A DNA stretch of 64,000 nt from Candidatus Eiseniibacteriota bacterium (GTDB lineage: Bacteria > Orphanbacterota > Orphanbacteria > Orphanbacterales > Orphanbacteraceae): assembly GCA_043809585.1 (NCBI GenBank), contig JBDROZ010000088.1, positions 1 through 64,000 of the forward strand, given 5' to 3'. The notes beneath the pieces were generated by a model, which worked only from the letters and a program-made list of their open reading frames with translations, was not told the DNA's origin and made no database searches. Position numbers and translations under genes: made by a program. Below are positions 39,715-49,445 of this stretch, one piece after another; the stretch's first letter is position 1; every line of letters starts with the position of its first letter.

Positions 39715-39831
39715 CCGAGTTGGCCCACTACGTGTGAGTCCTTTGAGAGATCGAGGCTAATGAACCTATTTTGCCAGTAGAGCTACGTGCATCTGCTTGA
39801 ATGGGGAGGATGGACCGGAGGAGGCTCTCCG

Positions 39832-40647
39832 CTATCGGATCAAGATCATCCGCCCGGTCTCGAATCCCCGCGCCGTCTCGAGGCGGAGGAGGTAGACGCC
39901 GGGAGGAGCTTCCCGGCCGTTCTCGTCCCTGCCGTCCCAAAACAGTGTTCCGGTCTCCGCCGCACGATCTTCAGCAGAGAGAACACGAGCCAGTCGTCCC
40001 GCGGTCGTGAAGACCGAGATCCGGGCCGGGCCGGTCGAAAGCAGCCGGTAGAAAATCCTCGCCTCCCCCATCCTCGCGGGATTGGGGTGAGCGAAGATCA
40101 TCGATCGGCCGGAGGGGATCCCCTCGGAGCCTGGCACGAAGACCACCGCCGAGGAAGTCACCTCGACCGTGTCGGGAACGATGGCGAAGGCCACGTTCTG
40201 CCCGTTCGAATCGATGGCGTCGAGGTCGGCGAGAAGCAGCGTTTGTTCGCCGAGCGGCGATTCAGGACGGGCGTGCACATGGAACGACGCGATCGTGCCG
40301 TGTCCCGTGAGTCCCGGAGGGGAGGTCAGGGTTACGCTGTAGGCCGCGAAACCGGCCACGCTGTCGACCAGGGCAAACTCCAGGACCGTCTCGGCGCCCC
40401 AGAAAGCGCCCTTCACGCCTCCTTCGACCCGGAAGGCAGCCGGATCATAGTGGAGCTGGAAGCCCATGCCGAATAGATCGGTGAGCGTGTCCGAGACCGA
40501 TCCGGCAACGACGTGAACCCAGAGCGACTCCCCTTGCACGACCTGGGTCGAGTCGGCCGCCACTTGAAGCGGCGTCTGCCCGTGAAGCGCCGTCGCCCAG
40601 CAAAGGAGCACGACCAACACTCCCACGGCGATGGATGGATACTTCAT
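39832..40647 (-). CDS. Secreted cohesin-domain protein with FlgD-Ig tail
   Basis: Signal peptide; VVQGESLWVHV...DLFGMGFQLHYDP...GHGTIASFHV cohesin-like pattern; HPNP...WDGRD...PGVY tail. Confidence 0.75.
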   Translation of the reverse strand: MKYPSIAVGVLVVLLCWATALHGQTPLQVAADSTQVVQGESLWVHVVAGSVSDTLTDLFGMGFQLHYDPAAFRVEGGVKGAFWGAETVLEFALVDSVAGFAAYSVTLTSPPGLTGHGTIASFHVHARPESPLGEQTLLLADLDAIDSNGQNVAFAIVPDTVEVTSSAVVFVPGSEGIPSGRSMIFAHPNPARMGEARIFYRLLSTGPARISVFTTAGRLARVLSAEDRAAETGTLFWDGRDENGREAPPGVYLLRLETARGFETGRMILIR

Positions 40648-40678
40648 GCTCTTCCCCTCTTTCGACGGGTGCCGCTTC

Positions 40679-43600
40679 TCACCGGATCAGAATCATCTTG
40701 CGGGTCTCCTTGAAGTCGCCCGCCTTCATCCGACAGAAGTAGACACCGCTCGCCATCCCCTTCCCGTCGAGCGTGATCGTGTGCCAGCCGGCGGGATAGA
40801 CCTCCTCGTCCACGAGGTTCTTCACGTGCCGTCCCGCCACGTTGTAGATATCGAAGCTGACCGCCGAGCGCCGGGGCACCCCGAATCGGACGAGCGTCAC
40901 CGGGTTGAACGGGTTCGGCCGGTTGCCGTCGAGGACGAACCGGGTCGGCGTCGGCACCGCCACCGGACTCGAAAGCGTCATCTCCGGCGAAGGGAGGAGT
41001 CTGGTCGAGGAGCTGATCTCGACCTCCTCGAGAACGATCTCGGCGTCCCCCGGCATGACGCCCACTACTTCCATCCAGACCGTGAGGATCGGCGCGCCCG
41101 GCTCCATCTTGCCGGCGCCGGGCCGTCCCCGGGTACGGGTGTAGGCGGCGGCGAGCCGGCTCCCCTCCTCGTCCCAACGGTTGTACCGGAGGAGCCGCCC
41201 GTCATCGAGCGTTTCGCTCAATTGAATCGTATCGATCGCGAGGAACCGTCCGGGAAGATCGAGGGCCAAACCGATTCCGAAGAGATCGGTCGTCTCCCCT
41301 TCGGTGCTGTCGAGGGCGATCTCCACGGGGAACCGGGTCCCGACCGGGAGGGGCGGAATGACGACGGAGGCGAACACCTCCGGCTGGGCTCCCGCCTCTT
41401 CGTCCTTCGCGAAGGCATGGGTCTCGCCGAAGTTGAGACCAATGGCGAGAATGTCGTTCTGGTCGACGACGCCGTCTCCGTCCGCGTCGGCGTGGGTCGC
41501 CGCATCTGTCTCCCACGCGAGGGCCGGCTGTCCCACCCAGGTGAGGTTCCCGTTCGGCCGGACCGGTCCCGTCGTCCCGAAGTAAAGGCCAATCGGGAGG
41601 AGGTCGTTCTGATTCGCCGTGCCATTGGCGTTGCAGTCGCCGGGCCAGACAGTCACCTCTGTGCCGATCGTGACGGTCTGTTCCGCTACCGTCTTCATAG
41701 CTTCGACGTTGCCAGCGTGGTCCGTGGCAATGGTGAAGAACCCGTAGGTATGGCCCCTCTCGCCGTTGAAGATGATCGGTCCATCTCCCGGGTCGTCCAT
41801 GTAGTCCATCGAATAGGACTGAAAGTACCCGTCATTGTCCGAGACATAGAGGGCGATGCTCTCGAATCCTGATCCGGGCGTCGCGTCCGACGCAGTCCAA
41901 GGAATCGAAAACTCCGTGTCCTCGATGATCGGGGGAAGCGAGTCCACATGGCTCGCAGGCTTGTCCGCATCGATCGTGTGGAAGATAGCCGGCGTCGCGA
42001 CCGGCGCGTTCACGTCGAAGACGATGCTCGCTTCCGCATCGATTACGTCGCCGGTGACCGCATCGGCTCTTGGGCGGATCGAGTAATTCACGAACCCCTG
42101 ACCGTTCCCGATCAAAGTGTCATTCACCGGGAGGAAACCGGCAAACGGGTCCGTCGGCAGTTCACCGGTCGCTGGGTCGATCGATTTCAGATGCCAGAAG
42201 ACCTCGTTCTCCTGGACGTCGATCCCGGCCGTGATATCGACGAAGAGCCCGAGCGAATCCCGGAGGTCGAGTCGTTCCGAGAAGAACGCCACGTTCTCCG
42301 GCGGTTGGAAGGTGAAATTGCCGAATCCGAAACTGGAGAGCCGGAATGTAGCCGGATCGAGATCAGGGTCGAGTTGCTGGCGGATATCGACGATTTGGGC
42401 GGGAGCAGTCGCGAGTTCGGGGTCGTTCTCGTAGTTGATCGAATAGGGGAGCGTGCGGTCGACACCGACCCAGTTCTCATCGCCAAAGCTGGATGGGCCA
42501 AGTATCTCGTTGGGATCACATGCATTGATGTTTTGCAGGCAGAACTTACGAAAATCTGCATAGCACAGCAAGCCGGTCGTAAAGCTGCAAATGGGCACCT
42601 CGCCAACGGGAAGGCACCACAACAGCGTAATCGCCGCACACACAATCTGCGCACAATCCTCGCAGAATTCTTCAACCTCATCACACGTAGCGTTAGGTCC
42701 AGGGGTTGCTCCAGGGCAAAGTTCCCAAAATCCACCACCTACCCTAGCCACGGTGTGAATCGATGAGCAATTCCAACCGTTCTTCAACAGCCCGGAAACA
42801 GCTGGCTCATCCAGTAGGCCAACGGCGACATAGATGGACAGAACGTAGTCCCGAAACTCGACCTCGTCGACAATTAGCGGTAAAACGTGGATGGGAATGT
42901 CATAAGCATCCTGATCCAGAAGCACCTGCCTTCCGTTCTCAATTTGCTCAACCAAGAAGGTCAAGTACTCCACGGGCGTAAGTGCCGTGGCCGAAACAGA
43001 GAATCCGAATAGACTTGTCCAATAGTTATCGATCCCAAATTGTGCTTCCACGGTCTCGCCTGGCGGAACATTTCGGATAATCAAAGGAACCGTTATCGTT
43101 AGACTCTCGGAAAACGCACTTAACAGGTAGTCTGGATTGGATATTTCCTGGCCATCAATTACAAGATCACTCAACTTAAGAAATCCGGCTGAGGTTGTTA
43201 CGGAAATGTCTGCGCTGCTAGGCAAAGAACCAAACGCAAGGAGATACGGAATGTCAGTATTGCCCGAATTAGTAAACGAAAAGCCAGCCATGTTGTGGCG
43301 ACCGGCACGCAGATATTGAGGTACATTCTCGGTGATTTGTACATCGAGAGGTTGGGCCAATTCTACGTTGAAGCCCATGGGTAGGTAGACCGTCCCGATG
43401 TTGGGAAGATCCACCGCAACGTCATACGCGCCGAGACGAACCCCCGTCAGATCCCACCTGATCTTCGCGTCCATGGTGCTCTGGAATTCTATCATCTCCG
43501 CCTGATAGAGCAGCGAATCGTCTTGGGCGAGCCAGACGGTCATGGAGTCCCGGAATCCCGCGCCCGAGAGCTGGCAGGTGACCTTACCCGCGTTTCCACC

Positions 43601-46600
43601 GGCGTCGGGGGTGATCGACGTGATGGAGAGGGAGAGCGCCTCGACGAGAAGGGTGCAATCTTCGAGGAATACGAATCGGGGCAGATGGCGGGCCATCACC
43701 ATGATGTAGTAGGTGCCCGCCTCGGTGGAAGGGACCGTCAGGATGTGATTCGCCGTGAACGGTTCCCGGGAGACATAGTCGTGGTCATTCAGAGTCGGCA
43801 TGCGATCGTAGGCGACGTAGATCTCGTTTCCGGCACCGGACGTATCCGACTCGAGCGAAACTTTCAGATCGAAGCCGGCCCCCACGTCGATGCCGAAGTA
43901 CCTCATCTGCCCTTCTCGAAACTGCTCCGTCGCGGGCGTACCCAGCATGAGCATGTTCACGCTGACGTCGGTGACCGTATCGGCGGCGGTCCAGTTGTTG
44001 TTGTCGTTCGTCTCCCGGATGTTGTTCCGGATGTCGGTCTTCGCGATGAAGTAGTAGTCCCCCGGCGTCACTCCGGGGAGCACCTCCTCGAGAGACCCGT
44101 CCGCCCGCATGCGGTAGGTTTTCTCCAGTCCCACCTTGTGGGTCTTCCGGATCGATGTTCCCGGGGCGATGTGGATCTCATCTTCGAACACGCCTAAGAG
44201 AGGGTCTTCCACATCGAACAAGGGGTCCGTGGATATGTAGATTCCATCCCGGACGATTCCATCCGCCGGATTCGTCCCTTGGTTCGACACCGTCCACGAA
44301 ACGAAGGCCGAATCGCCGGGTACTGCAGCGCCCGGAGGATTCACGGCCGAAACGACGAGATCGGCCGGCGCAGGTAGGAGGGCCGTGAAAGGTAAGACAT
44401 CGCTGTTATTGGCTTCCGAGGTTCCTTCGTACACGTCCCTCTCGTTGTCCACTTCCAGGATCAGGTGGTAGCCGCCCGACACGTAGATCGGAAGTTCGGC
44501 GACGAGAGTGTCGTCATAGCTCTCGGAGGTTCCGAGGCCGCCGGTCCTCTTCACCGTCCCGAGAAGATCGTCGTAGTTGTCGATGTAGGCATCCAGGGAG
44601 AGATAGACCGCGTCGTACCAGCTCTTCGACGACGAGACCGGCTCGCCGAGATTCTGGGCAGTCCAGGAAATCAAGATCGGCTGGCCGGCGACACCTTCCG
44701 CGGGTGCGCTCAGTCCGGTCACCGACAGATCGGGGGTCGGCACGATCTCGATGGTCACCGGTGAAGCGCTCGCCGCGACGTTGTTCTCCGGATCCGCGTC
44801 ACCTACGGCGTCCGCCGAATCGACCTCCACGATCAGGTAATAGTCGCCGATCAGGTTGTCCGGTAACTCGACGGAGAAGCTCCGGCTGTAGCTTTCTCCG
44901 GCCCCCAAGACGCCCTCGTGCCTCTTCCCTTTCAGATGGAAATCGGTTCCGGGCTCGAGGGTGACATCCGAGGACAGATACGCGTGGTCGATCCACTGGT
45001 CGACGAGCGTCGCCGCATCCCCGATGTTCGTGACGGTCCATCCGATGAGAAGGCTGTCTCCAACGCCGATCGTCCCCGGAAGGACCAGATTGGACACCGC
45101 GAGATCGACGGGCGGGTAAGGGAGGATCTCCACCGCCGCGCTCGTGAAGACGTTGTTCCCCTCGTCGGTGTGTTCGAACACATCGTCCTCGACGTCCGTT
45201 TCCACATGGAAGTAGTGCGGACCGGCGATACCGGGTGGGACGGTGATCTGTGCGGTTCGGTCATAAGTCGCCATCGTGTCGAGAGGACCGCTCTTACCGG
45301 CGGTGGCTAGCCGCACCTGGCTCGGGTCTCCGAACACGGCGCTTTCGGAGATGTAGACCCCGTCTTTCCACGTGCGATTGCCGATCGACCCAAAGCCGTC
45401 GTTGCCGACCGTCCAGCTCACGGCGATTCGCGCACCGGCCTGATAGGAGCCGCCCACGGGGGCGTTGTATACACGGAGGTCGGGCCAGGGGGAGAGGTCG
45501 ACCGAGACCGTCCCCGCGCTCCGGCTCACGTTGTTCGTGTCCGCCGCGTGCTCGTAGACGTTTTCGTACCAGTCGGTTTCCGCGAAGAGGTAGTACTCTC
45601 CCTCGGTTTGCGGCGGGAGGTAGACCTTCTTGGTCACCGTGTAGGATGAGTCGACTTCCAAGACGCCGTAATGAGTGTGCCCCCCATGGAGATACTCCGT
45701 ATCGTGGTCGTACGCCGTATCGAGGCTCATCGAGTACCGGTCATGCCACCAGTCTTCGTAGGTCGGTCCGATTCCGGTGTTCTTCACGGTCCATGAGAAC
45801 TGCAACGTATCACCCGAACTCCCACTGGAGGGGAGAGTGATGTTCTCCACCACGAGGTCGGGCGGTGGACGGAGGACGACCTCGAGATCCGCTCTCGTCC
45901 AATTGTCGAACTCCTCGACGTACTCGTAAACGTCTCCCCTCTCGTCGTAATGGGGGATCACGGCGGTACCCCCGTGATCGGTGAAGACGAAGAAGTACCC
46001 AGTCTCCGCCCTCCCGACGAGGGTAAAGGCGAGCCCGTCGATCGGGATCACCACGGTGGCCGACGTATCGTAGCTCTCGCCCGGCCCGAGCGCCCCCCTG
46101 TGCTTGAACCGGCCGAGGTTCTTGTCGAGAACCCGAATGTCTCCACCATAGGTTAGAACGAAGTTGAACAGGGAGTCTTCGGAATGGAAGACCGCGTCAT
46201 ACCACTCCTCGGCTCCCGTCATGCCCGGCCCCGTGTTTTCGACGGTCCATCCGACGTTCACCGGGTCCCCTGTAAAAGCGATCTCCGGCGATCTCGAGAC
46301 GCTGACGACCTGTAGGTTGGGATAGAGCGCCAGGGTGACTTCGAGAGGATCCGACACAGCGACGTTGTTTTCGCTCGTCGACTCGGCCATCTCTTCGTCC
46401 ACGTCTGTAACGACGATCACATAGTAGGTGCCGGCGATTCCCTCGGGAAGCTCTCCGTCTTGAACATTCGTGTAGCTTTCGCCGGCCTGCAGATAGCTGA
46501 CGTTGCCGTGCCGGCCCAGGGAAATGTCTTCTCCGACGTCGAGCAATGTATCCGTCGAGAGATAGACCGCGTCTTCCCAGGAAGGCGTGTTGGTCCCGCC

Positions 46601-47593
46601 CGGCCCGAGGTTCGAGACCTGCCAACTTACCTGAATCGTCTGACCCGAGAAGGCCGAATCCGGCGCGCTGACCTGCGTGACCGCGAGGTCGGGGAGGGGC
46701 GCGACGATGACGCCGTTGGAGCGCCCGCCGAACGGACCTTCGTTGCCGGCGCAGTCGATGGCGGCCGCCTTGGCGAAGTGGGTCTCCCCGGGCTGCCCGG
46801 TTAGGGAGAGGCCGTGGGGCACGGTGACGGACGTGTCCAGGATGATGGTGGTGAAACCGATGTCGATGGCCACCTGGACGTGGAAACCGGCGACGTACTG
46901 GTTGTCGGTGCCGGAGAACTCGAAGCGGACCTCGCCGTCGTCGTGAAGCCGGCCGGTCGGGGCGTTCGCCGTCGGAAACGTCTCGTCGACGACGATGCCG
47001 GGGGAGAAAGGCCCCGGGAAGTAATGACCGCCGCCGTCCGGTGTGGCGGCGATCCGGGCGTAGTAGTGACTCCCTTCCGGAAGGCCGACCGGGTAGGTGT
47101 AGGCGAGCGTGTCTCCCATCACGAACTGGTCGATGATCGACGCCTCGCTCGGCCCGGCGGCGACATCGAGCCGGTAGCCGACGGCGGTCGTGACCGAGTC
47201 CCAAACGAAGGCGATTTCATCGTTCGCGCAGTCGCCCCCGTCCGGCACGACCCGGTTGTTGAACACCGAGGATGACCGGGTGAACCCGTCGCCCAACGCC
47301 ACCTCGGCGAAGAGGTTGTTGAACACCGTGAACTCTCGGGCAACGGCGTCGTCGAATTCCGGAATCGCCTGGAGATCGTTATAGATGGTGAATTCCCGGG
47401 AAACCACGTCATCGATCGGCGGATGATCCAGCACGTTGTTGAAGACCGTAAACTCCCGAGTGGTCGCGTCGGTGATTTGAGCGAAGACGAGGGGACCTTG
47501 TGGAAAGAGCGCGATGAGCGCGGCCAAGGAGGTCCGGACGACTATCCCGTAGCCGGAACGAGCGATTCCCTCTCCCTCTTTCCCCTGTTCCAC
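40679..47593 (-). CDS. Giant secreted protein (2304 aa): N-terminal 20-aa repeats, about 6 CARDB domains, IPT-like domain, variable Cys-rich region, DPN-motif domain, dockerin-like, cohesin-like and FlgD-Ig domains
   Basis: Repeated PDLxV...WTVxNxG...WxDxVYLS...YY...NN units; CDPNEILGP; WPGDCNANG/DADGDGVVDQND; PNPFNP...SGVYF tail. Confidence 0.88.
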   Translation of the reverse strand: MEQGKEGEGIARSGYGIVVRTSLAALIALFPQGPLVFAQITDATTREFTVFNNVLDHPPIDDVVSREFTIYNDLQAIPEFDDAVAREFTVFNNLFAEVALGDGFTRSSSVFNNRVVPDGGDCANDEIAFVWDSVTTAVGYRLDVAAGPSEASIIDQFVMGDTLAYTYPVGLPEGSHYYARIAATPDGGGHYFPGPFSPGIVVDETFPTANAPTGRLHDDGEVRFEFSGTDNQYVAGFHVQVAIDIGFTTIILDTSVTVPHGLSLTGQPGETHFAKAAAIDCAGNEGPFGGRSNGVIVAPLPDLAVTQVSAPDSAFSGQTIQVSWQVSNLGPGGTNTPSWEDAVYLSTDTLLDVGEDISLGRHGNVSYLQAGESYTNVQDGELPEGIAGTYYVIVVTDVDEEMAESTSENNVAVSDPLEVTLALYPNLQVVSVSRSPEIAFTGDPVNVGWTVENTGPGMTGAEEWYDAVFHSEDSLFNFVLTYGGDIRVLDKNLGRFKHRGALGPGESYDTSATVVIPIDGLAFTLVGRAETGYFFVFTDHGGTAVIPHYDERGDVYEYVEEFDNWTRADLEVVLRPPPDLVVENITLPSSGSSGDTLQFSWTVKNTGIGPTYEDWWHDRYSMSLDTAYDHDTEYLHGGHTHYGVLEVDSSYTVTKKVYLPPQTEGEYYLFAETDWYENVYEHAADTNNVSRSAGTVSVDLSPWPDLRVYNAPVGGSYQAGARIAVSWTVGNDGFGSIGNRTWKDGVYISESAVFGDPSQVRLATAGKSGPLDTMATYDRTAQITVPPGIAGPHYFHVETDVEDDVFEHTDEGNNVFTSAAVEILPYPPVDLAVSNLVLPGTIGVGDSLLIGWTVTNIGDAATLVDQWIDHAYLSSDVTLEPGTDFHLKGKRHEGVLGAGESYSRSFSVELPDNLIGDYYLIVEVDSADAVGDADPENNVAASASPVTIEIVPTPDLSVTGLSAPAEGVAGQPILISWTAQNLGEPVSSSKSWYDAVYLSLDAYIDNYDDLLGTVKRTGGLGTSESYDDTLVAELPIYVSGGYHLILEVDNERDVYEGTSEANNSDVLPFTALLPAPADLVVSAVNPPGAAVPGDSAFVSWTVSNQGTNPADGIVRDGIYISTDPLFDVEDPLLGVFEDEIHIAPGTSIRKTHKVGLEKTYRMRADGSLEEVLPGVTPGDYYFIAKTDIRNNIRETNDNNNWTAADTVTDVSVNMLMLGTPATEQFREGQMRYFGIDVGAGFDLKVSLESDTSGAGNEIYVAYDRMPTLNDHDYVSREPFTANHILTVPSTEAGTYYIMVMARHLPRFVFLEDCTLLVEALSLSITSITPDAGGNAGKVTCQLSGAGFRDSMTVWLAQDDSLLYQAEMIEFQSTMDAKIRWDLTGVRLGAYDVAVDLPNIGTVYLPMGFNVELAQPLDVQITENVPQYLRAGRHNMAGFSFTNSGNTDIPYLLAFGSLPSSADISVTTSAGFLKLSDLVIDGQEISNPDYLLSAFSESLTITVPLIIRNVPPGETVEAQFGIDNYWTSLFGFSVSATALTPVEYLTFLVEQIENGRQVLLDQDAYDIPIHVLPLIVDEVEFRDYVLSIYVAVGLLDEPAVSGLLKNGWNCSSIHTVARVGGGFWELCPGATPGPNATCDEVEEFCEDCAQIVCAAITLLWCLPVGEVPICSFTTGLLCYADFRKFCLQNINACDPNEILGPSSFGDENWVGVDRTLPYSINYENDPELATAPAQIVDIRQQLDPDLDPATFRLSSFGFGNFTFQPPENVAFFSERLDLRDSLGLFVDITAGIDVQENEVFWHLKSIDPATGELPTDPFAGFLPVNDTLIGNGQGFVNYSIRPRADAVTGDVIDAEASIVFDVNAPVATPAIFHTIDADKPASHVDSLPPIIEDTEFSIPWTASDATPGSGFESIALYVSDNDGYFQSYSMDYMDDPGDGPIIFNGERGHTYGFFTIATDHAGNVEAMKTVAEQTVTIGTEVTVWPGDCNANGTANQNDLLPIGLYFGTTGPVRPNGNLTWVGQPALAWETDAATHADADGDGVVDQNDILAIGLNFGETHAFAKDEEAGAQPEVFASVVIPPLPVGTRFPVEIALDSTEGETTDLFGIGLALDLPGRFLAIDTIQLSETLDDGRLLRYNRWDEEGSRLAAAYTRTRGRPGAGKMEPGAPILTVWMEVVGVMPGDAEIVLEEVEISSSTRLLPSPEMTLSSPVAVPTPTRFVLDGNRPNPFNPVTLVRFGVPRRSAVSFDIYNVAGRHVKNLVDEEVYPAGWHTITLDGKGMASGVYFCRMKAGDFKETRKMILIR
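47255..47478 (-). repeat. Four tandem 20-aa (60-bp period) repeats near N-terminus of the giant protein
   Basis: DATTREFTVFNN / DVVSREFTIYND / DAVAREFTVFNN / DGFTRSSSVFNN. Confidence 0.8.
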
Positions 47594-47605
47594 GTCGACC
47601 TCCTT

Positions 47606-48835
47606 CTACGGGAGCTCCGCCCGCGCCTGAACGGCGGCGAAACCGGAACGGGGAAGGGAATCGAGCGTCGCTGTCCAGGTCGAGGCGAGATCGTCCCCGC
47701 TGGTGTACGACGCGACCACATTCAGGTCGATTCCGGACTTGGGGATCAGCCGGACTTTCACGGTCGAGGCGATCGGAACGTTCGTGGCGTTCACCACCAC
47801 GTCCACGGGACCGAGGGCGGCCAGGTTGACGTCTCCCGGTGGAGTCGTGAATTCGCCATTCGGATCGACCGGCACCGATTCCCCGTTGATCGTAACGACG
47901 ACGAGCGTCGGCGCGTCCGCGGGGGCCCAGATCACCGGATCGTCGACGCCGAGGGGGGTCAAGACCGTGAAGTTCGGGTTCGTCGGATTGACGGTGACCG
48001 TGTTGCCTTCGACGCGAATTCGTCCCGCTCCCCCGGGACGACTATTCACCCCCCCTGCAGCCCGGATCGTCCCGTTGCTCGTGATCATGTCCGAGATCAG
48101 GCGGATTCCACCGCCACTTCCACTCCCCCCGACCGATGCGATGTAGTTGTTGCCCACCCCACCGTTGGCGGAGACCATCCCCGAAATCAGAATCGACTCG
48201 TCCGCGGCGATCAGAATCGCCCCTCCCCCCGCACCTCCGCCATAGCCGGCCGAGTTGGTGGTGGCGCCCCCCCCCGAGCCTCCGATGAGGGGCAGGACCC
48301 GCGCGTTCCCGTAGGTGGGACTCAGCGGGCCGTTCCCCCCTCCTTGGGTGCCGTAGCTCCCGGCGCCGTTCGGGTAGAGCCCCCCACCGGGGCCGAGACC
48401 CGCGCCTCCGGGACTGCTCGTGGAGGAGTAGGCCCGACCACCCCGGAAGCCTCCCGGACCGCCCTCCGAAGGTGTGTAGCCCGTTCCCGTGCCGTCCTGC
48501 CCGTCCAGATAGACATTGCCGTCAATCGTGACCGTACCATCCACCAGCCAGACCACGGGGGCACCGGACGGATGATTGATGAACCTCACGTTCACCCCCG
48601 CCGGGATGTTCACGGACGAGAACTTGAAGACCACCGCCCACTCGGTGGAATCGTATACGCCGTCGCCGCTCCCGGCGGTTGTCCAGTCGGCGGTCGGCGC
48701 GAGCGAGAGATCGATGGTGTCGTTCGAGAGCGGATTATAGGCGCCATCCGACCCGTCCGAACCGACGTCGATCTGGGCGAACAGGGCGGTAGGCAGTAGT
48801 AGGCCGAGAAACGGAATCAGAGCTATCGCGCGCAT
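47606..48835 (-). CDS. Secreted glycine-rich protein
   Basis: Signal peptide MRAIALIPFLG; GSDGSDG, GGPGGFRGG, GGSGGG, GGGAGGGAILI, GSGGGIRL repeats; AGGGGAGG RBS. Confidence 0.8.
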   Translation of the reverse strand: MRAIALIPFLGLLLPTALFAQIDVGSDGSDGAYNPLSNDTIDLSLAPTADWTTAGSGDGVYDSTEWAVVFKFSSVNIPAGVNVRFINHPSGAPVVWLVDGTVTIDGNVYLDGQDGTGTGYTPSEGGPGGFRGGRAYSSTSSPGGAGLGPGGGLYPNGAGSYGTQGGGNGPLSPTYGNARVLPLIGGSGGGATTNSAGYGGGAGGGAILIAADESILISGMVSANGGVGNNYIASVGGSGSGGGIRLISDMITSNGTIRAAGGVNSRPGGAGRIRVEGNTVTVNPTNPNFTVLTPLGVDDPVIWAPADAPTLVVVTINGESVPVDPNGEFTTPPGDVNLAALGPVDVVVNATNVPIASTVKVRLIPKSGIDLNVVASYTSGDDLASTWTATLDSLPRSGFAAVQARAELP

Positions 48836-49445
48836 CGTGATCCTCCCCTGATCGAACTCCTGGCTCGCTTCTCGTTCAGGCAACACCGGCAATCGAAGAC
48901 GCCGGTCCGCAATGACCCTAACGAGCGTTTCCGGGTAATTGAAGTCGATGCGTAAACGGGCTCCGTGCCCTAAACAATCCGCGATCGCGACTCAGGATGG
49001 AGCGATTCCCCATCGAAGGGATCCACGAGGCTTTGATTCACCATCGGCTGAAGGTGCAAGAGCGCTGTTGAGAGGGCGACGGGATGAGAATCGGGCGCAC
49101 AGGGGAGAACACCCATTGAACCATCCTTGAAAAGCGGACCGAGACGAATACCAGGGCATATTAGCACACTTGTGGTCGTTGCATCAAGCGGCTTCTCTTG
49201 AAATTGACGGGGATCAAGCAACCCATTGATCGGGGGGGCCTTGCAGGAGCCTGTCCGGTTTTCAATTGACTCGTTCATGTTCCGATGATATCCTTTTTAT
49301 CTTCAACTCTTGCTCTGCTGTCCAGGAATTCTCGATTTACATTGCATTGTCGCACGCAACCCATACTCGGCTTTCGATTTTCACGATCGGCGAACGCCCG
49401 CGTCGTCGACAGTCGGATCGGCACTTCCACGTCGGAGGAACGAAC

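Noticed and set aside
48900-49440. Small genes or ncRNA in the AT-rich gap between divergent secreted-protein genes
   Set aside because: The short ORFs lack RBS or motifs and no recognisable RNA structure was found; probably a divergent promoter region.
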